Shown in pieces: positions 46,267-61,819 of a stretch of 64,000 nucleotides of DNA. The notes under the pieces are model-generated. The model saw nothing but the letters and a program-made list of their open reading frames with translations. It was not told where the DNA came from and ran no database searches. The position numbers and the translations under genes are program-made. The stretch is taken from positions 48,206 through 112,205 of the forward strand of contig DBFSET010000008.1 of NCBI GenBank assembly GCA_048416615.1, in the 5' to 3' direction. Every line of letters begins with the position of its first letter. Position 1 is the first letter of the stretch. The stretch is from Collinsella sp. Lineage in GTDB: Bacteria; Actinomycetota; Coriobacteriia; Coriobacteriales; Coriobacteriaceae.

Positions 46267-46740
46267 TTACCAACGATAGTGAGAGAACGCGCGGTTGGCC
46301 TCGGCCATCTTAAAGACGTCCTCACGCTTCTTGACGGAAGCGCCCAGGCCGTTGGAAGCGTCGAGGATCTCGTTGGCGAGACGCTCGGCCATGGTCTTCT
46401 CCTTGCGAGCGCGGGAGAAGTTGACGATCCAGCGGATACCCAGAGCGGTGGAACGACGGGAGTTGACCTCCATCGGGACCTGATAGGTAGCGCCACCGAC
46501 ACGCTTGGGCTTAACCTCGAGCGTGGGCTTGACGTTGTCCATAGCCTTCTTGAAGGTAGCGAGAGCGTCGCCACCCTCGGACTTCTCGGCAACGATCTCG
46601 AAAGCGGTGTAAACGATGCGCTCAGCGGTGGCCTTCTTGCCGTCAAGAAGGACCTTGTTGATGAGCTGAGTCACCAGGCGGTTGTTGTAAACGGCGTCAG
46701 GCTGAACCTCACGACGATTAGCTGCTGCACGACGCGGCAT
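46267..46740 (-). CDS. rpsG: 30S ribosomal protein S7
   Basis: [30 protein letters not shown]... Confidence 0.98.
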   Translation of the reverse strand: MPRRAAANRREVQPDAVYNNRLVTQLINKVLLDGKKATAERIVYTAFEIVAEKSEGGDALATFKKAMDNVKPTLEVKPKRVGGATYQVPMEVNSRRSTALGIRWIVNFSRARKEKTMAERLANEILDASNGLGASVKKREDVFKMAEANRAFSHYRW

Positions 46741-46813
46741 GTGAAATCTCCTTAAGTGTCTACCGTGCGGCGCTTAGGCGGCACACGGCGAAAGTATCAA
46801 AACGTTATCTGAC

Positions 46814-47191
46814 TTATTTAGCCTTGGGGCGCTTAGCACCGTACTTGGAACGGGCCTGCATACGGTTCTGGACCGGAGCAGCGTCGTAGGCGCCACGGAT
46901 GACGTGATAACGGACACCAGGGAGGTCACGGACACGACCGCCGCGGACGAGCACGATGGAGTGCTCCTGCAGGTTGTGGCCCTCACCCGGGATGTAAGCA
47001 GTAACTTCGATGCCGTTGACAAGGCGAACACGGGCAACCTTACGAAGAGCCGAGTTCGGCTTCTTGGGGCTCGTGGTGAAGACGCGGGTGCACACGCCGC
47101 GCTTCTGGGAGTTGTGCTGCAGAGCAGCGTTCTTGGACTTCTTGGGCACGGAACGACGGCCCTGGCGAACCAGCTGGTTAATAGTAGGCAA
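46814..47191 (-). CDS. rpsL: 30S ribosomal protein S12
   Basis: M(TTG)[14 protein letters not shown]...[14 protein letters not shown]; GAAGGAG RBS. Confidence 0.98.
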   Translation of the reverse strand: MPTINQLVRQGRRSVPKKSKNAALQHNSQKRGVCTRVFTTSPKKPNSALRKVARVRLVNGIEVTAYIPGEGHNLQEHSIVLVRGGRVRDLPGVRYHVIRGAYDAAPVQNRMQARSKYGAKRPKAK

Positions 47192-47284
47192 AGCGTACTC
47201 CTTCTCGAATGATTCCAGCTTTCTGTAAAGTGCAACGGCTTGAATCGAGGGGTCAGCATCCCCCTACGAAACACGCAGTTCGAT

Positions 47285-47313
47285 AGGATACGTGGCGTTA
47301 GCTGTGCCGTCAA
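47285..47313 (-). promoter_or_regulatory. predicted sigma-70-type promoter of the rpsL operon
   Basis: Minus-strand TTGACG (47313-47308), a 17-nt spacer, then TATCCT (47290-47285). The -10 hexamer ends about 95 nt upstream of the rpsL start. Sequence-only prediction. Confidence 0.5.
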
Positions 47314-47396
47314 CAGACCACGCCACCGGGCGTATCCTAAAATAGCCACATTTCCGCAAAGCCTACACAAAAGGAATCCCCTTCTGTGCGCGGGGG

Positions 47397-47537
47397 CGGA
47401 TTCCCGGGCCGGGCGGCCCAGGGGTTAAGTTTGCTGCTCTACAGTCCTGGCTCGCACGGAGGCCACATTAAGTGGCCTCCGGCTCGTGCGGAACTCGCGA
47501 CAAACTTAACCCCTGGGCCGCCCGGCCCGGGAATCCG
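47397..47537. repeat. long-stem hairpin element, copy 2 of 3 (37-bp perfect arms + 67-nt core)
   Basis: Arms 47397-47433 and 47501-47537 are perfectly complementary. Core 47434-47500: CTGCTCTACAGTCCTGGCTCGCACGGAGGCCACATTAAGTGGCCTCCGGCTCGTGCGGAACTCGCGA. Confidence 0.92.
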
Positions 47538-47702
47538 ACGTGCTCGTTGGGGCAACGCTACCTGCCAAAAAGAGACAGGTTTATTTTGGTCGGTTTTATC
47601 TGGGGAAACGTCGCGCTCCAGCGGTGATCTGCTCTCATCTGTCGCATGGAAATCGGCGGCGTTTTCGGAAGTATATCGCTCAGTCTAACCACCCATTTAC
47701 CG

Positions 47703-47738
47703 CAAAAGAGGCCGCTTCCCCTAGTAGGAAGCGGCCTC
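47703..47738 (-). terminator. intrinsic terminator after the anti-sigma gene
   Basis: Minus-strand GAGGCCGCTTCC-tactagg-GGAAGCGGCCTC followed by TTTTG. Confidence 0.85.
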
Positions 47739-47743
47739 AGACC

Positions 47744-48820
47744 TTACGAATAGACGATGGTAAAGGGTACTTCTGTTTCGGTCTCTCCTGTTGACGTGTA
47801 CCTCGTGCCTTCGAGCGTTACTGAAACCACTTGGTCGACATCAATCAACTTCGTTGGCACCCAAATGTTCTCTCCGCTATTGCGTGCCATCGAAACATAG
47901 AAGTTGTACGCCCCTGCGTCGTCATCTTCGATAATCTGCTCCGATCCATCCTTGTAGGTGACGGTCAGTTTATGATCAACTGCTTCATAGCCCAGATCAT
48001 CGATATGCGTCTGGATGGAAAACGGACTGATCTCGAGAGGCGAGTCATCGGAGCGGAGTTCCTTTGTATCGACGTGCGCTCCGACGTTAAACTCTGGCGT
48101 CGATACCTCGATCACCTTCGCATCCTCACCTTTGCCCTCCGTCCAGCTGATATTCCAGGTGACCGCATGTCCCAAATCTCGCTCGCGATCCCACGAGGCA
48201 AAGTACATCGTGCCATTAATGACTGTGTCGCTTGATGTGTCCTTATCAATTGTGCAGCGTGTGTCAGCCCATTCCTCGCCGAAGTTCATGCTTGGCGTGC
48301 CGATGCCTTGTTCTTCTTCACCATAGAGAACAAGTTCGCCTGTCTCTGCTGCTGGCTTGTAGTAGTTAACTCCATTTGGATTGGACAACGTAAACGTCAC
48401 GGCGCCGCAGCCGTTTTGATCGATAGCCATCTCATGGATATCGAGCGTATAGCCGTTACCCTCGACGGACAGATTAACCTTCTGGACTGCACCCTCCAGG
48501 CTTTGGGGCGCGATACCATCACCAAACTCTCTGGTGTAGGTGTATTTAGTCCCCGATGAGCCACCGTTGGTCCAGGTAATGGAATCCCCATTGCCGTGGT
48601 TTCCCCAGGCTGAGGCAAAATAGCCGGAATTGACAACGGCGTAGGCGACCCCTCCGGTCGCCAGTACTCCGGCAAGACATCCGATTACGGCAACATAGAG
48701 AGGCTTCGCGTGGCCCTTTCGATGAAGCGGCTCACCCGCAGCGGTATTTAGGACACGATCTGCAAGATCGCTATCGGCTTGGATGGACTCGAAGGCCTGC
48801 TTGATTTGATTGGATTTCAC
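47744..48820 (-). CDS. putative anti-sigma factor (single-pass membrane protein with large extracytoplasmic domain)
   Basis: 358 aa. GTG start with a GAGGAGGG RBS. One TM segment (LYVAVIGCLAGVLATGGVAYAVV) follows a short cytoplasmic N-terminus. Lies directly downstream of, and overlapping, an ECF sigma gene. The functional call is by context. Confidence 0.7.
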   Translation of the reverse strand: MKSNQIKQAFESIQADSDLADRVLNTAAGEPLHRKGHAKPLYVAVIGCLAGVLATGGVAYAVVNSGYFASAWGNHGNGDSITWTNGGSSGTKYTYTREFGDGIAPQSLEGAVQKVNLSVEGNGYTLDIHEMAIDQNGCGAVTFTLSNPNGVNYYKPAAETGELVLYGEEEQGIGTPSMNFGEEWADTRCTIDKDTSSDTVINGTMYFASWDRERDLGHAVTWNISWTEGKGEDAKVIEVSTPEFNVGAHVDTKELRSDDSPLEISPFSIQTHIDDLGYEAVDHKLTVTYKDGSEQIIEDDDAGAYNFYVSMARNSGENIWVPTKLIDVDQVVSVTLEGTRYTSTGETETEVPFTIVYS

Positions 48821-49289
48821 GGTCGCCCTCCTCTAGGATGAACTTGAGCTTCGATCTGCCGCGAGCCAAACGCGTTCGAACAGTCGCGGCTGGCACATGC
48901 AATAACTCGCCAATCTCTGAGGTCGAAAAGCCCAGATAGTAATAGAGCATGATGGGAACACGGAATCGTTCCGGAAGTCGCATGACGTCTGACAGGACCG
49001 CTTTGGTCTCATCCTGCACCGCCGAAAGCGAATCGGCCAGGTTCTCAATATCCTCCACACGCCTCCATGGCTTTCGAAAGAGCGATTTGCATTCATTGAT
49101 CGTGACCCGGATAAGCCATCGACGAAGATGTTCCCAACTTTCAAAGTTTCCATCGCTTTTAAGCAACTTAAGAAAGACATCTTGGGCAATATCGTCGGCA
49201 TCGGCACGATCGCGCAGGTACGTCAATGCGATTCGAAACACGACATCCCGGTGATCTTCGACCGCCTGTCTAAATGCCTGTTCTTCCAT
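48771..49289 (-). CDS. ECF-type RNA polymerase sigma-70 family factor
   Basis: The ORF track extends to 49514, across a terminator. Met76 (MEEQAFRQAVEDHRDVVFRIALTYLRDRADADDIAQDVFLKLL) has a GGGAGGTG RBS. Region 4 HTH: STSEIGELLHVPAATVRTRLARGRSKL. Confidence 0.9.
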   Translation of the reverse strand: MEEQAFRQAVEDHRDVVFRIALTYLRDRADADDIAQDVFLKLLKSDGNFESWEHLRRWLIRVTINECKSLFRKPWRRVEDIENLADSLSAVQDETKAVLSDVMRLPERFRVPIMLYYYLGFSTSEIGELLHVPAATVRTRLARGRSKLKFILEEGDREIQSNQAGLRVHPSR

Positions 49290-49455
49290 AATCACCTCCC
49301 GGTGACGGTAATGATTCTTGATGAGGTCCTCACCATAGATACGCTTTGACCGAACGAAATGTTTCAAATTCAAGCAGGAATAACCTACCAAAAAAACCCT
49401 GCCCCTTATTGGCAAGGGATCGACGGAACGCAACAGGTTGAGCATACGCAAGCGA

Positions 49456-49555
49456 GCGGCCCCCAGAGCGTACAAGGTGGCATGAAAAAGGCAGGGCATT
49501 GACCTTTTGGTCATGCCCTGCCTTTTGAATGACAGATTGTAGCTCTGGGGGCCGC
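49456..49555. terminator. nested hairpin: bidirectional terminator inside a 19-bp outer stem, downstream of rpoC
   Basis: Inner AAAAGGCAGGGCAT (49486-49499) pairs with ATGCCCTGCCTTTT (49513-49526). Outer GCGGCCCCCAGAGCgTACAA (49456-49475) pairs with TTGTAGCTCTGGGGGCCGC (49537-49555). Confidence 0.75.
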
Positions 49556-49599
49556 GCAGCGACGGAGATCGCCGCCGTTCGTTAGAACGGCGGAACTAG

Positions 49600-54075
<4,476 letters not shown>

Positions 54076-54081
54076 AGTCAA

Positions 54082-57573
<3,492 letters not shown>

Positions 57574-57806
57574 CAGGTTTTTCCTCCTTCACGGAAATGC
57601 TCGGTGGGTTGGCGAGGCATGGCTTCGCCAGTTATCGCAACCTAATAGTTTATCAGGTACCGACCGTTGGGCAAGAAAAGCCTTGACGCGATTGAGTTTT
57701 TGGAGTAGCAAAGTTTTTCGACAGAAAAGGTGCAGGTAGATGGGTGTGTATCGAACATCTGTTCATATATTTTCTGTGAACAGAGGGCCGGCAATCGCAG
57801 CTCTTA

Positions 57807-57840
57807 TAAAAAACGGGCGCGAACCGAGGTCCGCGCCCGT
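57807..57840 (-). terminator. intrinsic terminator after galU
   Basis: Minus-strand ACGGGCGCG-gacctcggtt-CGCGCCCGT followed by TTTTTT. Confidence 0.85.
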
Positions 57841-57860
57841 AAATATCGTTGCCCGAAGGC

Positions 57861-58778
57861 CTACTTGCGCATCAAGCCGCCGCGCTCGTCGATGGCATCC
57901 CAGAAGGCGCCTGCAAAACGAGGATCGCTTGCAGCCATGAGGGCGTTGGTGGCCATCCAGCCAGACGGGGTACCGGTGTCGTAGCCCGACAGCGGGTCGA
58001 TGACGACGGCATACATGGCCTCGCGATCGAGCGAACGGGCCATGGCGTCGGTCAGCTGGATCTCGCCGCCCTTACCGGCCTGCTGGTCGGCAAGAAGGTC
58101 CATGACCAGCGGGCTCAGCAGGTAGCGGCCGACGATGTACAGGTTGGACGGAGCCGCCTCGGGAGCAGGCTTCTCCACCAGGCCGCCGATGCGCCAAACG
58201 GCACCGGGCTCGTCGTCGGCGGCATTCTCGAAGCCCTCGAGCGAGCCAACGCGATCGCCGGCGATAACGCCGTAGCGGCTGACTTCCTCGGGCGAGCAAG
58301 CAGCGACGGCGATAACCGAAGCGCCACCGTGCTCCTTGGAAACGGCGAGCATCTTGTCGCAGATATCACGGTTAGGCACAACGTAGTCGCCCAGAAGAAC
58401 CAGGAAGTTCTCCCCTGCCACGGCGTCGGCAGCAGAGCGGATAGCATGGCCGAGACCCTTGGGCTCGTACTGATAGCGGAAGTCGACCGGCATACCGCCA
58501 GCGTGGGCGACGGCATCGGCATAGGCGTTCTTGCCGCGCTCGCGCAGCAGGTTCTCGAGCGAACGGTCGGGCTGGAAGTAGCTCAGCAGCTCGGGCTTAC
58601 CGGGAGAGGTAACGATGATGGCGTCATCGACCTCCTCGGGGTCGAGTGCCTCCTCAACGACATACTGAATGACCGGCTTGTCGAGCACCGGCAGCATCTC
58701 TTTGGGCGTGCACTTAGTGCCAGGCAGAAAACGCGTGCCAAGACCGGCGGCGGGGATGATTGCCTTCATATTATTCAA
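57861..58778 (-). CDS. galU: UTP--glucose-1-phosphate uridylyltransferase
   Basis: MKAIIPAAGLGTRFLPGTKCTPKEMLPVLDKPVIQYVVEEA. The start is either TTG 58778 or ATG 58769. Confidence 0.95.
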   Translation of the reverse strand: MNNMKAIIPAAGLGTRFLPGTKCTPKEMLPVLDKPVIQYVVEEALDPEEVDDAIIVTSPGKPELLSYFQPDRSLENLLRERGKNAYADAVAHAGGMPVDFRYQYEPKGLGHAIRSAADAVAGENFLVLLGDYVVPNRDICDKMLAVSKEHGGASVIAVAACSPEEVSRYGVIAGDRVGSLEGFENAADDEPGAVWRIGGLVEKPAPEAAPSNLYIVGRYLLSPLVMDLLADQQAGKGGEIQLTDAMARSLDREAMYAVVIDPLSGYDTGTPSGWMATNALMAASDPRFAGAFWDAIDERGGLMRK

Positions 58779-59019
58779 GGATCCTTTCGCAGGCGCAGAA
58801 TGCGCCCTGTGCGTGCGGCACGGCGGCCGCAGACCAAATTGCGATACCGAAGTATCTTACCGCCGGAGACATACGTCGCCGTAAGGCAAACGCAATTCTT
58901 CAGCAGGTCAACGCAAATTATTGCTCGAATGGTGCAATTTTACGCCCCAGCGGTAACGAGATTGGCACGGCGAAGACAACGGTGTTCTGCGCGCCGAGCA
59001 ATGGGAATGAAGGGCCAAA

Positions 59020-59055
59020 ACAAAAAAGACGGGGCTCGCAATGCGAACCCCGTCT
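59020..59055 (-). terminator. intrinsic terminator after rplL
   Basis: Minus-strand GACGGGGTTCGC-att-GCGAGCCCCGTC followed by TTTTTTG. Confidence 0.85.
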
Positions 59056-59082
59056 GCAAAGAAATCTGGCGAGAAAGCCTGA

Positions 59083-59460
59083 TTACTTGAGGGTGACAGC
59101 AGCGCCAGCAGCCTCGAGCTTCTCCTTGGCAGCCTCGGCGTCCTCCTTCTTGGCACCCTCGAGAACAGCCTTGGGAGCGCCCTCGACGACCTCCTTGGCC
59201 TCCTTCAGGCCAAGGTTGGTGAGCTCACGGACGGCCTTGATGACCTGGATCTTGTTGTCGCCGAAGCCCTCGAGCACGACGTCAAACTCGGTCTTCTCCT
59301 CGGCCTCAGCAGCGCCAGCAGCGGGAGCGGCGACAACAGCGGCAGGAGCAGCGGCGGAAACGCCGAAGGTGTCCTCGATAGCCTTGACGAGCTCGGAAGC
59401 CTCGAGAAGGGTCATTTCCTTAAGAGCATCGATGATCTCATCGGTGGTAAGCTTAGCCAT
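59083..59460 (-). CDS. rplL: 50S ribosomal protein L7/L12
   Basis: Start at Met12 of the ORF-track protein: [34 protein letters not shown]... Confidence 0.97.
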   Translation of the reverse strand: MAKLTTDEIIDALKEMTLLEASELVKAIEDTFGVSAAAPAAVVAAPAAGAAEAEEKTEFDVVLEGFGDNKIQVIKAVRELTNLGLKEAKEVVEGAPKAVLEGAKKEDAEAAKEKLEAAGAAVTLK

Positions 59461-59562
59461 TTCTAAGTCCTTTCGGTTTCCGTGTCTGTGCACGGAGATC
59501 AGTTAAAACACGGCGCGAATGCGCCAGGGGTGCGGCGTTGCCGCCGCGGGTGAAAACAGCGA

Positions 59563-60084
59563 CTAGGCTGCCTTCTGCTCGGAGACCTGCTGGATCGAAC
59601 GAGCGAGACCAGAGGAAACGCCGTTGACGCAGACAGCGATGTCGCGAGCGAAACCGGAGATGAGACCGGCGATCTGACCGAGAAGCTGATCCTTGGTGGG
59701 CAGCTCGGCGATAGCCTTAACATCATCAGCGGAAACGGCCTTGCCGTCGGAGATACCGCCCTTGATCTCAAGGACACCCTTGGACTTAGCGGAGAAGTCC
59801 TTAAGGGTCTTAGCGGCCTCGACCGGCTCGGTCTCGTAGAACACATAAGCGACGGGGCCGGCGAGGATCTCGTCGAGCTCGGGCTGCTCCTGGTTCTTGA
59901 GAGCGATCTTGACCAGGTTGTTCTTGTAGACCTTCATCTCGGCGCCGCACTCGCGAAGCTGATGACGCAGCTCCTGAGCCTGCTTAACCGTCAGACCGTT
60001 GTAGTTGACGACGAACAGACCGGCGTTCTCGGCGATACGGGACTCGATCTCTGCAACCTTGTCGATTTTGTACTGCTGGGGCAT
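59563..60084 (-). CDS. rplJ: 50S ribosomal protein L10
   Basis: KIDKVAEIESRIAENAGLFVVNYNGLTVKQAQELRHQLRE...; upstream of rplL. Confidence 0.97.
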   Translation of the reverse strand: MPQQYKIDKVAEIESRIAENAGLFVVNYNGLTVKQAQELRHQLRECGAEMKVYKNNLVKIALKNQEQPELDEILAGPVAYVFYETEPVEAAKTLKDFSAKSKGVLEIKGGISDGKAVSADDVKAIAELPTKDQLLGQIAGLISGFARDIAVCVNGVSSGLARSIQQVSEQKAA

Positions 60085-60300
60085 GAATTACACCTCCTCG
60101 AATTCTTTCCGGGCACGGTCCGCCACAAGGACGTGACGGGGGCATGTCCAAAAAGAAAGCCCCCGCGCTGCATGAGCGACGGGGGCGAGAAGACATATCT
60201 ACTCGACCACCTCGGCTGGCGGGATATCCCATTAAGCTCGCGGGCGATGCCCGTTTGCACCGGCTGTCTCTGGCAGCGGATTCGTGCGTGAACCGAAAGT

Positions 60301-60329
60301 ATTATGGCGGGGACCCCGGCGTCGGTCAA
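60301..60329 (-). promoter_or_regulatory. predicted promoter of the rplJ-rplL operon (followed by a ~210-nt structured leader)
   Basis: Minus-strand TTGACC (60329-60324), a 17-nt spacer, then CATAAT (60306-60301). The -35 lies inside the outer stem of hairpin element copy 3. Sequence-only prediction. Confidence 0.5.
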
Positions 60330-60534
60330 CGGGCGCGAGGATTCGTACACAAACCCTGCATACGCTCCGACCGGGAGGGGCAGGGCGAGTTTTCCGCTCG
60401 GTCAAGTCCTGGGCTCGCACGAAGGCCACATTAAGTGGCCTTCGGCTCGTGCGGAATCTACGGAAAACTCGCCCTGCCCCTCCCGGCCGGAGCTACGTTG
60501 CCTTTGCTGCGAATCCTCGTGTCCGTTGGCCGAC
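60321..60534. repeat. long-stem hairpin element, copy 3 of 3 (interrupted stem, 64-nt core)
   Basis: Inner arms 60371-60396/60461-60486 (26 bp, perfect). Middle stem CGAGGATTCG 60336-60345 / CGAATCCTCG 60510-60519. Outer stem 60321-60332/60523-60534 (one T.G pair). Core 60397-60460. Confidence 0.9.
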
Positions 60535-60589
60535 GCGCCCCACTCATAATGCTTGGGTCGGTGGGCTGATGGTTTTGGGTCCCGTTGGG

Positions 60590-61726
60590 CTATAGGGTTG
60601 ACACGAAATTGGACAGGCGGCGGAGACCTTCGTCCAAATCCTTGTCGGAGACGCAGTAGCTTAGGCGGATGTGGCCTTCGGTGCCGAAACAGTCGCCCGG
60701 GACTAGAGCTACGTTGGCCTCTTTGATGGCTTTGATGCAGAAATCTTCGCTTGTTAGGCCGTACTGTTTGATGCTGGGGAAGGCGTAGAAGGCTCCTGCC
60801 GGTTCCACTACGTCGAGGCCCATGGCGTTTAAGGCTGCGAGCACGCGTTCGCGGCGGGCTCGGTAGACTTTGAGCATGGGGGTTGGGTCGACGGTCAGGG
60901 CTCGGGCTGCGGCGTCCATCTCGAAGGAGACGGCGCTCGATACTAGGTATTGGTGGGCTTTTGCGATCTCGGCGATGACGGGGGCTGCCGCTGCCAGCCA
61001 GCCCAAGCGCCAGCCGGTCATGGCCCAGGGCTTGGAGAAGCTCTCGATAACTACCGTCTGATCGCGAAGCTCCGGGTGGCGCTGGGCAAAGCGCTCATAG
61101 CCATCCACATAGACCAGACGGTTGTACACGTCGTCGCAGACCACGTAGATGCCCGCCCGCTTCGCCACGCGCGCCACGGCGTCGAGCGATGCCGCGTTGA
61201 GGATGCAGCCCGTGGGATTGTTGGGCGAGCAGATGACGATGGCCTTGGTCGCCGGTGTCACGCAAGCACGAAGTGCGTCTTCATCAATCTGGAATTGCGC
61301 AGGCTCCGTATCCAAAAAGACCGCTTTAGCGTGGTTGGCCACGACGATGCTCTCGTACAGGCCAAAGGCTGGCGTGGGGATAATGACCTCGTCGCCGGGG
61401 TTGAGCATAGCCATGAATGTTGCCGACAGGGCCTCGGTCGCGCCGTCGGTCAGGATTACCTCGTCGGCCGAAAACGTAAGACCCGCGTCCCCCATGTAGG
61501 CAGACAGCGCCTCGCGCAGGGCGGGACGGCCGTTGTTGGGCGGATAGTGCGTGTCGCCGCGGCCCAGCGCGGCGGTCACCTCGGCGCAAATCACATCGGG
61601 TGTAGGAAAATCGGGCTCGCCGAGCGCGAGCGCAATGCATCCTGGGTGCTGGGCAGCGAGCGCGTTAATCCGACGGATGCCGGAGGGCTTGAGCGTGGCA
61701 AGCGAGGTATTCATGGGCAGGCGCAT
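60590..61726 (-). CDS. pyridoxal-phosphate-dependent aminotransferase (class I/II)
   Basis: 378 aa. LKPSGIRRINALAAQHPGCIALALGEPDFPTP and SFSKPWAMTGWRLGW (PLP-lysine block). Confidence 0.9.
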   Translation of the reverse strand: MRLPMNTSLATLKPSGIRRINALAAQHPGCIALALGEPDFPTPDVICAEVTAALGRGDTHYPPNNGRPALREALSAYMGDAGLTFSADEVILTDGATEALSATFMAMLNPGDEVIIPTPAFGLYESIVVANHAKAVFLDTEPAQFQIDEDALRACVTPATKAIVICSPNNPTGCILNAASLDAVARVAKRAGIYVVCDDVYNRLVYVDGYERFAQRHPELRDQTVVIESFSKPWAMTGWRLGWLAAAAPVIAEIAKAHQYLVSSAVSFEMDAAARALTVDPTPMLKVYRARRERVLAALNAMGLDVVEPAGAFYAFPSIKQYGLTSEDFCIKAIKEANVALVPGDCFGTEGHIRLSYCVSDKDLDEGLRRLSNFVSTL

Positions 61727-61819
61727 GGCGTTCCTTTCGTAAGGGTTGCACTAGGATAGCGCGGCGAGGCGCTGCCAGACGGTGTAACCTAAACGGAAAC
61801 CAACCGGAAAGGAGGCGGC

